The notes below the pieces were generated by a model. That model had not been told where the DNA came from, searched no databases, and saw nothing but the letters and a program-made list of their open reading frames with translations. Both the position numbers and the translations under genes were made by a program. A stretch of DNA of 64,000 nucleotides from an uncultured Verrucomicrobiae bacterium (GTDB taxonomy: Bacteria > Verrucomicrobiota > Verrucomicrobiia > Chthoniobacterales > UBA10450): NCBI GenBank assembly GCA_963756875.1, contig CAVWPA010000003.1:1504001-1568000 (forward strand). Direction: 5' to 3'. The stretch's first letter is position 1, and each line of letters starts with the position of its first letter. Positions 48,334-59,019 of this stretch are shown piece by piece.

Positions 48334-50130
48334 ATGGCCATCGAGTTTACTCGGAATTTCTGCATCATCGCGCACATCGATCACGGCAAGACCACGTTGT
48401 CGGACCGTTTGCTCGAGCGCACGGGGACGATCCACGAACGCGATAAGCAGGATCAATTACTCGACTCGATGGATTTGGAGCGGGAGCGCGGGATCACGAT
48501 CAAGGCGCACCCGGTCACGATGAAATATGTGGCGAGATCGGGCGAGACGTACCGGCTGAATCTGCTCGACACGCCGGGGCACGTCGATTTCGCGTATGAA
48601 GTTTCGCGGAGTCTGGCTGCGGGCGAAGGCGCGCTGTTGGTGGTGGATGCGGCGCAGGGAGTCGAAGCGCAAACAGTGGCGAACGTGCACCTGGCGCACA
48701 AACAAGGGCTGACGATCGTGCCGATTATCAACAAGATCGATTTGCCGAACGCCGACATTGCCAGCGTGCACCGGCAACTGGAAGAGATTCTTGCGATTCC
48801 ATCGGAGGAAGCGATCGATGCCAGCGCGAAAATGGGAATCGGCATCGAGGAAATCCTGGAAGCGATTGTGCAGCGGATTCCGTCGCCGCAGAAGCCGAAG
48901 GACGAAACTTTGCGTGCTCTGGTTTTCGATTCCGTATTCGATATTTACCGCGGCGTGGTTGGTTACGTGCGCGTCGTTTCCGGGACGATGGAAGCGAACC
49001 ACGCAATCAAATTGATGAGCAACGATGCGCGCTACGAGATTAAGGAAGTGGGTGTATTCACGCCGAAGATGTTCGTGCAATCGCGCCTGGAAGCGGGCGA
49101 CGTCGGTTATTTCATCGCCAACATCAAAAGCATCGCCGATATAAAAATCGGCGACACCATCACGGACCAGCGCAATCCGGCGTCCGAGGCGTTGCCCGGA
49201 TTTCAGGAGATCCATCCGATGGTTTTCAGCGGCATTTATCCGATCAACACGGCGGATTTCGAGCATTTGAAAGGGGCGATCGCAAAGCTGCGCTTGAACG
49301 ATTCAGCGTTTATCTACGCGCCGGAAAGTTCGGTGGCGCTTGGTTTTGGTTTTCGCTGCGGTTTCCTGGGCCTGTTGCACATGGAGATTATTCAGGAGCG
49401 ATTGCGTCGTGAGTACAACATGGACATCATCGCGACCTCGCCGAGCGTGGTTTACGAAGTGGTCAACACGCGCGGCGAAACGGTGCTCATCGACAATCCG
49501 GCGCATCTGCCCGACCCGAGCATCATTCGCGAGATCCGGGAACCGATCGTAAAGGCATATGTGCTTTGTCCGAACGAGAGTATCGGAGACATTTTGCAGC
49601 TGATTTTGGAGAAGCGCGGGCAACTGGACCACACCGAGACGCTCGATGCCCGCCGGGTGATGCTGCATTGCGAGCTGCCGTTAAACGAGATCCTGGTCGA
49701 TTTTAACGACAAGATTAAATCGATTACGCGCGGGTACGGTTCGATGGATTATGAGCACTCCGGTTATCGGGCGGCCAGGCTGGTAAAGCTCGATCTGCTA
49801 GTGAACGGGGAACCGGTGGACGCGTTTTCGACGATTGTGCACAAGGACCGGGCGGAGGCGAGGGGCCGCCAGCTTGCGGCGAAGCTAAAGGAAGTGATTC
49901 CGCGCCAGCTTTATCAGGTGGCGATCCAGGCGGCGATCGGCGGAAAAATTATTGCCCGGGAAAGCGTTTCCGCCCTGCGAAAAAACGTGACGGCGAAGTG
50001 CTACGGCGGCGATATTACCCGGAAGCGCAAATTGCTGGAGAAACAAAAAGAAGGAAAGAAACGGATGAAGAGCATCGGGAAGATCAATATTCCGCAGGAA
50101 GCGTTTATTGAGGTGCTCAAAGCGCAGTAG
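48334..50130 (+). CDS. lepA: Elongation factor 4
   Basis: RNFCIIAHIDHGKTTLSDR, DTPGHVDF, KCYGGDITRKRKLLEKQKEGK. Confidence 0.98.
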   Translation: MAIEFTRNFCIIAHIDHGKTTLSDRLLERTGTIHERDKQDQLLDSMDLERERGITIKAHPVTMKYVARSGETYRLNLLDTPGHVDFAYEVSRSLAAGEGALLVVDAAQGVEAQTVANVHLAHKQGLTIVPIINKIDLPNADIASVHRQLEEILAIPSEEAIDASAKMGIGIEEILEAIVQRIPSPQKPKDETLRALVFDSVFDIYRGVVGYVRVVSGTMEANHAIKLMSNDARYEIKEVGVFTPKMFVQSRLEAGDVGYFIANIKSIADIKIGDTITDQRNPASEALPGFQEIHPMVFSGIYPINTADFEHLKGAIAKLRLNDSAFIYAPESSVALGFGFRCGFLGLLHMEIIQERLRREYNMDIIATSPSVVYEVVNTRGETVLIDNPAHLPDPSIIREIREPIVKAYVLCPNESIGDILQLILEKRGQLDHTETLDARRVMLHCELPLNEILVDFNDKIKSITRGYGSMDYEHSGYRAARLVKLDLLVNGEPVDAFSTIVHKDRAEARGRQLAAKLKEVIPRQLYQVAIQAAIGGKIIARESVSALRKNVTAKCYGGDITRKRKLLEKQKEGKKRMKSIGKINIPQEAFIEVLKAQ

Positions 50131-50139
50131 AACTGCGCT

Positions 50140-50570
50140 TTGAAATGACGAATGACGAATGACGAAGGACGCAAAGAATTTGCTAAGGGGCAAGGGGAAA
50201 GGACGAGGGGGAAAACGCCGAACGCCCAACGCCCAACGCCCAATGCAGAAGAATCGAGCACGAGCATGAGCAGGAGCAGGGCTGAAAGAAGAAAACGCCG
50301 AACGCCGAACGCCGAACGTCCAATGCAAAATGCAGAAGAATCGAGCATGAGCATGAGCAGGAGCAGGAGAGCAGGAGCAGGAGCATGAGCAGGAGCATGA
50401 AATCCGAATGACCGCCAAATATTGAAAGCACCATGAACGTCGGAAGCACCAAATCCCAAACCCCAAGCACCAGAGAAGCACCAATTACCAAGCTTCAAAA
50501 CGTTAGCGGCAGTGATTTGAATATTGGAGTTTGGAGTTTCCCTGGGGCCTGGAGGTTGGTGCTTGGTGCT
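50140..50570. repeat. Mosaic repeat block between lepA and lepB
   Basis: (AATGACG)n, (CGCCSAA)n, (GAGCAG/GAGCAT)n, AAGCACC units with an inverse copy. Confidence 0.85.
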
Positions 50571-50610
50571 TTTATCGTTTCGGTATCCACTACATAACGG
50601 TCACAACTCC

Positions 50611-51702
50611 ATGTTTACGGCGCGTTATATTAAGCACAGCAAGCTACTGCTTCGGCATGCGCAGAAATATTTGCGCTACAAGGGGGACGTATTGGACGCG
50701 GCAACGGCGGACGAGATCGAGGCCGAGATGCGCAGATTGAAGGCGGCGCTGCGGCAACGGAATCATAAACAAATCGAGACCCACGCCGAAGCGCTGGATG
50801 CGAGACTGCACAAGCTCACGCCGATTACGTGGGAGTCGCACTGGCGGGAAAATTGCGAAGTGATCCTGGTCGCGATTGTGGTGGCGGTCGGAATTCGTTC
50901 TTACTTTTTGCAACCGTTCAAGATTCCAACCGGGTCGATGCAGCCGACGTTGGACGGGATTGTGGGCTATCCCACCACCGAGCCGTCTCCGAATATTTTG
51001 GTGCAAGCGGTCGAGTTCGTCGCGCGCGGCCGGAATTACATCAATGTCGTGTCGCGTGAAAACGACCAGATCCTGCAGGTGGAGCAGAGGAAGTTTTTCT
51101 TTTTCTTCACGTTCTCGCGGGTCATCTGCGAACACCAGAAGTTCCTGGTCTATTCCGCGCCGGAGACGTTACGGCACGACTTCAACGTGTTTGCCGGCCG
51201 CAACATCGGGCGCGGCGAGGTCGTGGCGCGGGGCTACATCGACACGGGCGACCAGGTTTTCGTGGACAAGTTCACGTATAATTTTGTCAAACCGCACCGG
51301 GGAGACGTGTTCGTGTTCCGGACAAACCACATCCCCGGGATCCCGGGGGACCCGGAGAGCGGCCAGCCCTTCTATATTAAGAGGCTCGGCGGGGTGCCGG
51401 GCGACACGCTGCGGATCGACTCGCCTTTGTTGTATGTGAACGGGAAGATTCCGGAGAGTTTCGGTCTTAGACGAGTAATGAACGCCAAAAGCCCTTATCG
51501 CGGTTATGGTCCGGGGCGCGATTATCTGGGCCGGCCTGACAGCGAGTACACGGTGCCGGCGCACTGCTACTTCGCGCTGGGGGACAACAGTTACAACAGC
51601 TACGACAGCCGCTATTGGGGACCAGTGCCCGAGGACGACCTGGTCGGACGCGGGTTGATTGTTTACTGGCCGTTTATTCCGCATTTCGGTTTGATTCGTT
51701 AG
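50611..51702 (+). CDS. lepB: Signal peptidase I
   Basis: PFKIPTGSMQPTL, YIKR, GDN.YNS.DSRYWG. Confidence 0.95.
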   Translation: MFTARYIKHSKLLLRHAQKYLRYKGDVLDAATADEIEAEMRRLKAALRQRNHKQIETHAEALDARLHKLTPITWESHWRENCEVILVAIVVAVGIRSYFLQPFKIPTGSMQPTLDGIVGYPTTEPSPNILVQAVEFVARGRNYINVVSRENDQILQVEQRKFFFFFTFSRVICEHQKFLVYSAPETLRHDFNVFAGRNIGRGEVVARGYIDTGDQVFVDKFTYNFVKPHRGDVFVFRTNHIPGIPGDPESGQPFYIKRLGGVPGDTLRIDSPLLYVNGKIPESFGLRRVMNAKSPYRGYGPGRDYLGRPDSEYTVPAHCYFALGDNSYNSYDSRYWGPVPEDDLVGRGLIVYWPFIPHFGLIR

Positions 51703-51715
51703 GGAGAGGCTGATA

Positions 51716-51800
51716 GTGGAGAATGGAGTAATGGAGTAATGGAGCAATGAGCGGTTTCTTATTTCCAGTACTCCGTTACTCCAATACTCCATCACTCCAC
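51716..51800. repeat. Inverted octamer arrays (TGGAGTAA)n / (TTACTCCA)n
   Basis: Tandem 8-mers followed by their reverse complement, able to form a hairpin. Confidence 0.8.
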
Positions 51801-51818
51801 CGTTCCTTTTGAGCGGCA

Positions 51819-52997
51819 ATGTCGCCGAATATTCCCCGCGTCTATCTGCTGCTCGGCTTTTTCAGCGGCTATGCGCTGGTCATGCTGTTCAATCCAGTGC
51901 GGCTGGCTTTACGCGACGGTCTCCGCTGCATCTCTCGATACAAGCGCGTCTGGCTGACTTTTGCCCTGCTGGGTTTCGCTTACTTCGTTTTTCAATTCAC
52001 AACCTTCACGCCGATTCGAAGCTCGGCCGATCTCGACCTGGGCCAGGTGGCTTCGCTGCCGACCTGGCATTGGCCGAGATTTTCGGAGGTCTGGCAGGAT
52101 GCGCTGCTGCCGGCATTCGAAGGAGTTGCAGGTCTGTTCGACAACGCGACTACGACTTATCCGCTCTCGGTGGCGGCGGCGGTGTTCATGATGATGAACT
52201 GGCGCGGCCTGCACAGCGCCCTGGTGCGCGCGTTGCGCCAGCGATACCGGTTTCGCGGTTATCTCATTTACTTCATTCTGTTGCTTAGCGCGCTGGCCGC
52301 TTTTTTGAAACCGATCGTCTTTTGGGCGTTGCCGGTGTGGGGCGGTTTGCTTCCCGCGGGCGGCCTGTTGCAAATTTCGGCCAGCGTCGATGCAGCATCG
52401 TTCATTTTTGAATATCTATTTGGCGTTTACATCCAGGTGTACCTGATCACGGTCTGTTTCGCCTGGATCCGCGGACTTAGTTTTGAGGAAGGCGAACTTT
52501 TCCGGTTTGCCATGCGCCGTTTCAGCTACGTCTTGAAATGGGCCGGCATCGTCGTGCTGGTGAGCATGTTGATCGTGCGGATGCCGCTGCTTCTCGCTTA
52601 CTTTATGAATATTCCAGATGTGCTCGATTATCTGCCGATCGAGCGCGCGGCGATGTGCGCGTTGATTATCACTTTTAGTTCCATGCAAGTCTCGCTTGCT
52701 CTGCACAATGAAACTCTGAGGGAAGCGGCGCACGCGCATTGGGAGTTCATTCGGGAGAATTGGAAGCGATTCGGGTGGTTTTTGCTCATTTGCGCGCTGC
52801 ATTTCTTTATGCTCATGGCATGCGACGGGATCGTGCGCGGGGCGATCGGCGATCGTTTGGTCATGGTGGTGCTTTGGAGATCTTTGTTTGTCGTCGCGCG
52901 CGGGTTTGTTACCGGCTGGTTGCTGGCTTCGTGGGTTTGTCTTTTCCGGCGAGGCGGAACAGGTCACGTTTACCAGCAAAGCTGGATCCAATATTAG
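51819..52997 (+). CDS. Hypothetical polytopic membrane protein
   Basis: 392 aa, many TM segments. Confidence 0.8.
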   Translation: MSPNIPRVYLLLGFFSGYALVMLFNPVRLALRDGLRCISRYKRVWLTFALLGFAYFVFQFTTFTPIRSSADLDLGQVASLPTWHWPRFSEVWQDALLPAFEGVAGLFDNATTTYPLSVAAAVFMMMNWRGLHSALVRALRQRYRFRGYLIYFILLLSALAAFLKPIVFWALPVWGGLLPAGGLLQISASVDAASFIFEYLFGVYIQVYLITVCFAWIRGLSFEEGELFRFAMRRFSYVLKWAGIVVLVSMLIVRMPLLLAYFMNIPDVLDYLPIERAAMCALIITFSSMQVSLALHNETLREAAHAHWEFIRENWKRFGWFLLICALHFFMLMACDGIVRGAIGDRLVMVVLWRSLFVVARGFVTGWLLASWVCLFRRGGTGHVYQQSWIQY

Positions 52998-53016
52998 ACA
53001 AGGTTTTACTCCCAGC

Positions 53017-53835
53017 GTGAACGCGGCGAAAATTACACGTGAAAGCAGGTCGAACCTGGCGCTGGCATTTATTTCGTTAGGCCGGGAGCGCCGGCGCGAT
53101 ATCACGGTGTTTTATGCTTTTTGCCGGGTCATCGACGACGTAGCAGACGATCCCAATCTGAGCGTGGAGGAAAAGAAACGCCGGCTCGATGCGTGGCGAG
53201 GCTGGCTGCACGCTCCGGGGCAGGGAGAGCCGTCACTCGCGGGCGACATTCGCCATTTGATGCAAAAGTATTCGCTCGCCCCGGAAATGTTCGAAGAAAT
53301 CATCGCCGGCGTGGAAATGGATCTGACTCAGCGGCGCTATCCGACTTTCGAGAAGCTGCGCGTTTATTGTTATCGAGTGGCCAGCGCTGTCGGTCTGGTC
53401 AGCATCGAGATTTTTGGATATCGCAATCCCGCCTGCAAAGAGTATGCGATCCAACTGGGGCTCGCGTTGCAAATGACCAACATCATTCGCGATGTCGGCA
53501 AGGACCTGCGCCAGGGGCGAATTTATTTGCCGCAGGAAGACTTGGTCGCTTTCGATTATTCGGAGGCGGAGTTGCAGGAACGTCAATATGACGATCGCTT
53601 TATTCAACTGATGGAATTCGAGGCAAAGCGCGCCCGGGAATTTTTCGCGCGGGCCGCGGCCATTCTTCCGGCGGAAGATCGACGATCGATGGTCGCGGCG
53701 GAAATCATGGCGTCGATTTATCGGGCCCTTTTGCGCCGCATGGAGCTCGACAAATTCCGTGTCTTCGAAAAGGAGTATCGGTTGAGCAAATTGGAGAAGG
53801 CCGGCCGGATCGCGATCCGGTTGTTGAGAAGGTAA
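53017..53835 (+). CDS. Squalene/phytoene synthase family (HpnD-like)
   Basis: YAFCRVIDDVAD, YCYRVASAVG, LQMTNIIRDV..D...GRIYLP. Confidence 0.9.
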   Translation: MNAAKITRESRSNLALAFISLGRERRRDITVFYAFCRVIDDVADDPNLSVEEKKRRLDAWRGWLHAPGQGEPSLAGDIRHLMQKYSLAPEMFEEIIAGVEMDLTQRRYPTFEKLRVYCYRVASAVGLVSIEIFGYRNPACKEYAIQLGLALQMTNIIRDVGKDLRQGRIYLPQEDLVAFDYSEAELQERQYDDRFIQLMEFEAKRAREFFARAAAILPAEDRRSMVAAEIMASIYRALLRRMELDKFRVFEKEYRLSKLEKAGRIAIRLLRR

Positions 53836-54471
53836 GGGGGGAGAAAGCACCAAATTCCAAGCACCAACTCCGAAAGCTTTCGCGAGCAGGCCACCAGGGA
53901 AGCTCCAATGATTAAGCTCCAAGGTCGGAGGCTGGCTAAGGGGCAAGGGCAAAGGGCGAAGGGCGAAAAGGGCGAGGGGGAAAACGCCGAACGTTCAACG
54001 TCGAAGGCAGAGAGCTGGGAGCGTGGAGGGATTGAAAGCACCAAATTCCAAGCACCAATGACAGAGGACAGAGGACAGAGGACGGAGGGATTGAAAGCAC
54101 CAAGCACCAAGCACCAAGTTCCAACTCCGAAAGCTTCGCGAGCAGGCCACCAGGGAAGCTCCAATGATTAAGCTCCAAAGGGGGGAGGCTCGAGCCTTCG
54201 TTACCTTCGTTTCCTTTTGTGAAAATTTCGGGGTTGGGAAGCAGGCTGCTTCCCCTACAGAGATTTCGATTTCGCGTTAATTCGCGTGCTTCGCGGGAAT
54301 CAAATCTGAATCGGTGAAGTTCGCGGATGCGAGGGCGCATCCGCCAACACGCGAGGCGCCCGCACACGGCGGGCAGGCAGTGTGCTCCCCGGAACAATGT
54401 CGAGGACAGAGGACGGAGGACGGAGGGAAAGATGAGGAGGCAAGCGAGGCAAGCGGAGCGCTTGCCCTACA
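53836..54471. repeat. Mosaic repeat block
   Basis: Same modules as 46790-47410 and 48020-48295, partly duplicated internally. Confidence 0.85.
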
Positions 54472-54669
54472 ACCAGGATTTGCGCGGCGGGTATCGAGTG
54501 CTTTTGAATCTTTCTCAAGAACATCCGTCTGACCTTTGCGTTGCGAAATCTTGGGAAGCTCGCCACTATGAGAATGGCGTGGCGCGGAGATCGAATAATT
54601 AAGAGTTTTTTTTATTCTGTGCTGCAACTTCCGTCCAACTACTGCGGTTTAACTAGAGATCAGGCAATT

Positions 54670-55059
54670 ATGAATAAGAAGATCTTCGGAATCATTTCAT
54701 CCATTTCGGTGCTGGCGTTTGCTTTTAGCTCGTGCGATCAGCCGACCGGCAAGGGCGCTGCGTACGGGGCAGGGGCCGGCGCGATTTTGGGAGCTGCTGC
54801 AACCGGCCGCGTGCGTGGCGCGGCAATCGGCGCGGCCGCGGGTGCAGCTGCCGGCGCATTGATCGGGCGTTCCATTCAGGAAGATCAGTCCGGAAGCTAC
54901 GGTCCTCCTCCGCCAGGGGGATTTCCATACGGACGTTATGCCGGGACGCCTGGTTTCTATCACAGCCCTTACACGGGCCGCGTTTATGATCTGAGCGGTG
55001 TGCCACATGGTGGGCTGACTCGGGATGTGGACACTGGGCAGTTATTTCGGCGTCCATAA
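54670..55059 (+). CDS. Glycine-zipper lipoprotein
   Basis: Lipobox FSSC; GAAYGAGAGAILG...GAAIGAAAG. Confidence 0.8.
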   Translation: MNKKIFGIISSISVLAFAFSSCDQPTGKGAAYGAGAGAILGAAATGRVRGAAIGAAAGAAAGALIGRSIQEDQSGSYGPPPPGGFPYGRYAGTPGFYHSPYTGRVYDLSGVPHGGLTRDVDTGQLFRRP

Positions 55060-55222
55060 AGAAAAGCACCAAATCCCAAACCCCAACTCCGAAAGTCTTC
55101 GCGAGCGGGCCTCCAGGGAAGTTCCAAATTTCAAACTTCAAAAGCTGTGGCATCGCGCATCGATTGCCTCGGTGCTTGATGCTTGGTGCTTCTTTGGATG
55201 TTCGTGCTTGGAATTTGGTGCT

Positions 55223-56761
55223 TTAGCCCGTGTTCCTCTGTAGTTCGTCCACCAGCTTTTTGGCTTCGTCGGACATCTTCAGAATCTCCGGCCATTGCCG
55301 GTGGTAATTTTCGCCGGGTAACTTGCGGGTGGCATCGAATCCCATGTGGGAGCCGATGTTTTGTTCGCTCGGCGCGTGATCGAGCGAATCGCTTGGGTTT
55401 CTGATGATCGTGGTATCGCGTTCCGGATCGGTATTGGCGCACAACCGGAAGAGCACTTCGCTGGTGTTGTGCACGTCGCAATCCTCGTCCACCACCACGA
55501 TGTATTTGCTGAACATCATTTGTCCCATTCCCCACAACCCGTGCATCACTTTGAAGGCTTGATAGGGATACTGTTTTCGAATGCTCACGAAAACGAGATT
55601 GTGAAATACGCCTTCCGCCGGCAACGTCATGTCCACCAGTTCCGGGAAATTCATTTTGAATACCGGCAGGAAAATGCGCACGGACGCGTCGCCCATGTAA
55701 AAATCTTCCATGGGTGGAATGCCCACGATCGTTGTCGGATAAATCGCATCGCGCCGATGGGTGATGGCCGTGATGTGGAACACGGGATAATCCTCGACCG
55801 CGGTGTAATAACCGGTGTGATCGCCGAACGGCCCTTCGGGGCGCATTTCGCCGGGTTGCACATAACCTTCCAGGACAAAGTCCACATCGGCCGGCACGTC
55901 GATATCGATGGTTTTGCACTTTACCAATTCGACCGACTTCCTTCGCAAAAATCCCGCGAACAAAATTTCGTCGAGCCCGTCGGGCAACGGAGCGGTTGCG
56001 GCAAACGAATAGGCGGGATCGCCGCCGAGAGTGACCGCGACCGGCATCCGTTCGTTGCGTTCGTAATACCGTTTACCGTGGCGGGCCCCGACCTTGTGGA
56101 TTTGCCAGTGCATCGCAGTCGTCCGGTCGTCAAAAATCTGCATTCGATACACGCCGACGTTGCGCGCGCCGGTTTCCGGGTCGCGCGTGTGCACATTCGG
56201 GAGTGTGATGAAACGTCCGCCGTCTTTCGGCCAGCATTTCAGAATCGGCAGATCGCGGAGGGTAATCGAAGCCGATGCTGGATCCTTGATACTCGATACT
56301 CGATTTTTCGCCGGGCTGTCCTTCTCATCCAGCATCGAGAATCCAGCATCAAGTATCTCGACTATTTCCTGGCACGCCCCTTCCTTCACGTGCTTCGGGC
56401 GCGCATGAAGCAAATGCATTCCCTGTTTGAGCAGGCTCCAGCCTTCGCGCAGATCGGTCGGCGGTTTTGCCTTGAGAATGAGATGAATTTCCTGGGCGAT
56501 CTCATCGACGTTTTCGCGCCCGAGCGCCATGGCGATTCGCCGGCGCGAGCCCATGGTGTTGATCGCCACCGGGAACTGTGAAATTTTTCCATCGACAGTG
56601 GGCTGCTCGAAAAGCAGCGCCTTTCCGCCACCGGGCGATTTCATTTCGCGATCGGCCCATTCCGCGATGAGCAGATCGGTATCGACCGGGACTGCGACCC
56701 GTTTTAGCTCGCCTGCCTGCTCGAGCGCTTCGAGGAAATCCCGGAACGAGCGGTGAGCCAT
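55223..56761 (-). CDS. UbiD-family decarboxylase (menaquinone-pathway type)
   Basis: RNVGVYRMQ, EGPFGDHTGYY, GFDATRK; in-frame repeat insert at 56274-56357. Confidence 0.92.
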   Translation of the reverse strand: MAHRSFRDFLEALEQAGELKRVAVPVDTDLLIAEWADREMKSPGGGKALLFEQPTVDGKISQFPVAINTMGSRRRIAMALGRENVDEIAQEIHLILKAKPPTDLREGWSLLKQGMHLLHARPKHVKEGACQEIVEILDAGFSMLDEKDSPAKNRVSSIKDPASASITLRDLPILKCWPKDGGRFITLPNVHTRDPETGARNVGVYRMQIFDDRTTAMHWQIHKVGARHGKRYYERNERMPVAVTLGGDPAYSFAATAPLPDGLDEILFAGFLRRKSVELVKCKTIDIDVPADVDFVLEGYVQPGEMRPEGPFGDHTGYYTAVEDYPVFHITAITHRRDAIYPTTIVGIPPMEDFYMGDASVRIFLPVFKMNFPELVDMTLPAEGVFHNLVFVSIRKQYPYQAFKVMHGLWGMGQMMFSKYIVVVDEDCDVHNTSEVLFRLCANTDPERDTTIIRNPSDSLDHAPSEQNIGSHMGFDATRKLPGENYHRQWPEILKMSDEAKKLVDELQRNTG

Positions 56762-56827
56762 GGATGGATGCGGGCCGCTACACTGGGTTGGCTGGGTGGC
56801 CGGCCGGTTTCGAATTTCCAGTCCGCG

Positions 56828-57367
56828 CTACGATTGCTGCAGTATTTGGAACGAGACAACACGTCCGCGCGAGAAAGTGACCGTTTTGTACGGATAGGGA
56901 ATGCTTGGCGGAATGTAGGAGTAGAAAAACGGATCGTAGAACGGGCTGCCTGCGAAGATGAAGGCACGGCCATGATGATGGGTGCGGACAAATCCAACGG
57001 TTCCAAATCCGTACCCGAAGCCCGGACCATATCCGTATGGTCCGTGGCGGTATGGGCCATACGGATAACCGTAGGGACCGTATGGGGCGGACGCATAGTG
57101 CACGTAGATCCAGGTTTCGGTCTCGTGCCCGCGCATGTTTCCAGAGACCTTCTGGTCGGGCGATCCCCAGGCCAGCCAAACCGCGCTTTGCGGCATTCCA
57201 ATGCGAATCTGCCCATGGCTTGCCAACGCCTGGTCTCTGGCCGAAAGGCTTTGGTAAATGTCAGGGCGATCGGAAATTCGCGTTTCAACAGTCGAACAAC
57301 CTGTGAGGATCATCGCGCCGGCGCAGAGACCGGATGTCAGCGCTATGGAAAGAAATTGACGCTTCAT
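56828..57367 (-). CDS. Hypothetical lipoprotein
   Basis: Lipobox LTGC; GM....V.LAWG.PD; Y/G/P-rich segment. Confidence 0.78.
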   Translation of the reverse strand: MKRQFLSIALTSGLCAGAMILTGCSTVETRISDRPDIYQSLSARDQALASHGQIRIGMPQSAVWLAWGSPDQKVSGNMRGHETETWIYVHYASAPYGPYGYPYGPYRHGPYGYGPGFGYGFGTVGFVRTHHHGRAFIFAGSPFYDPFFYSYIPPSIPYPYKTVTFSRGRVVSFQILQQS

Positions 57368-57450
57368 AAAAAAATCATACAGCCGCGGAATTTTGAGTCA
57401 ATGTGTCACTTTCTTGATTCAACACCGCCGCGACCGTAAAGTCGCGCAAA

Positions 57451-58452
57451 ATGGAAGATCGTTTTGGCCATCGCATTTCGTATTTGCGCGTTTCGATCAC
57501 CGACCGCTGCAACGAGCGTTGCACGTACTGCATGCCGCAGGAGTTGCAGGAGTGGCTTCCGCGCGCGGAAATTCTTAGTTACGAAGAAACGCAGCGCATC
57601 ATTCGCATCGCGGCGGGGCTCGGCGTCACCAAAGTGCGCGTGACCGGCGGCGAACCGCTGACGCGCCGGGACGTGATCGATTTCATCCGCGCGATTCCGG
57701 GAATTCCCGGTATTCGCAGCCTTGGCCTCTCGACAAACGGAACATTACTTGCCCGTGAGGTTGGGCCCGGCAAAACGATGGCGGCGGCATTGCGCGATGC
57801 CGGAGTGCAATCTCTCAACATCTCGCTCGATACCCTGGATCCCGACGTTTATGCGCAAATCACCGGGCGCGATTTTCACGGACAAGCGCTCGATGGAATT
57901 GCGGCTGCGATCGCCGCCGGTTTCGAGCAGATCAAGTTGAACGCGGTTCTGATGCGCGGTCGCAATGAGGACCAGCTCATTCCGCTGCTCGAATTCGCGG
58001 GCACCTGCAAGCTGATCCTGCGTTTTATCGAGATGATGCCGGTCAGCACAACCGAAGTCTTGAGCGAAAAGAATTTCATGCCGGTATTGGAAGCGAAGCG
58101 AATGATTGAGTCGCGTTACGGCGCGTTAATCCCGGAACCGGCATTTCAGACAAACGGTCCGGCCACGTACTATCAAATCCCCGGCCGCGAACAGCGGGTC
58201 GGATTTATCGGGGCGATGACGAACCTGCATTTCTGCGAGAGCTGCAACAAACTGCGTCTCACCTGCGACGGCAAATTGCGTCCGTGTCTGGGGAGCTATC
58301 TCGAATTCGATATTATGAAACCGCTCCGGGCCGGCGCGAGCGACGAGGAGCTGCGCCAGTTCTTTATCGGTGTGGTCGATCGCAAACCGGAGCAGCACGA
58401 TTTCCGGAACAATTATCAGCCGGACCGCAAAATGATAGCGATTGGCGGCTGA
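57451..58452 (+). CDS. moaA: GTP 3',8-cyclase
   Basis: YLRVSITDRCNERCTYCMP, FCESCNKLR, C-terminal IGG. Confidence 0.97.
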   Translation: MEDRFGHRISYLRVSITDRCNERCTYCMPQELQEWLPRAEILSYEETQRIIRIAAGLGVTKVRVTGGEPLTRRDVIDFIRAIPGIPGIRSLGLSTNGTLLAREVGPGKTMAAALRDAGVQSLNISLDTLDPDVYAQITGRDFHGQALDGIAAAIAAGFEQIKLNAVLMRGRNEDQLIPLLEFAGTCKLILRFIEMMPVSTTEVLSEKNFMPVLEAKRMIESRYGALIPEPAFQTNGPATYYQIPGREQRVGFIGAMTNLHFCESCNKLRLTCDGKLRPCLGSYLEFDIMKPLRAGASDEELRQFFIGVVDRKPEQHDFRNNYQPDRKMIAIGG

Positions 58453-58455
58453 GCG

Positions 58456-58908
58456 ATGCGGCGCCTTTCTCACATCGGGGACGATGGCCGGGCGCAAATG
58501 GTGGATGTATCGACCAAGCCGCTGAGCGCGCGTGTGGCGGTGGCAACAGGCAGGATCAAACTTCAACGCAAGACGCTCGATTTAATCTCGAAGAACCGAA
58601 TCGCGAAAGGAGACGTGATCGCGACCGCCCGGCTGGCCGGGATTCAGGCGGCCAAGAAAACCGCGCATCTGATTCCGCTCTGTCACACGATTCCGCTGGG
58701 CGATGTGAAAGTCGATATCGTTACCGGGCGCGGAAGGGCCGAGGTCAAGTGCACGGCGCGCACCGTCGCGCAGACCGGCGTGGAAATGGAAGCGCTCACC
58801 GGAGTGACCGTTGCGCTGCTCACGATTTACGACATGTGCAAGGCGGTGGATAAAAAGATGGAAATTTTCGATATTCGGTTGGTGGAAAAAACGAAGAGGA
58901 AACTGTAG
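58456..58908 (+). CDS. moaC: Cyclic pyranopterin monophosphate synthase
   Basis: MVDVS.K, LIPLCH, TGVEMEAL, IYDMCKAVD. Confidence 0.97.
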   Translation: MRRLSHIGDDGRAQMVDVSTKPLSARVAVATGRIKLQRKTLDLISKNRIAKGDVIATARLAGIQAAKKTAHLIPLCHTIPLGDVKVDIVTGRGRAEVKCTARTVAQTGVEMEALTGVTVALLTIYDMCKAVDKKMEIFDIRLVEKTKRKL

Positions 58909-59011
58909 CGGCCCCGAAAGTTTTCGGGGTCGCTCGAATTGTGAAATAGAAATCATGCGACGGTCATCCGCCTTCGCCCGGCTACGGCGCGACAGGTAGA
59001 CCGCCGCTACA
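58904..59011. repeat. REP-doublet (REPIN-like) element
   Basis: TGTAGCGG...CCGCTACA termini; near copy inside yyaL at 10809-10910. Confidence 0.8.
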
Positions 59012-59019
59012 GAAGAGAT

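Noticed and set aside
46353..54627. ORFs with SSVLCPL, RTEDRGQ or CSCSCS repeats in the intergenic blocks
   Set aside because: They are stop-poor translations of tandem heptamer and hexamer DNA repeats, with no protein-like features.
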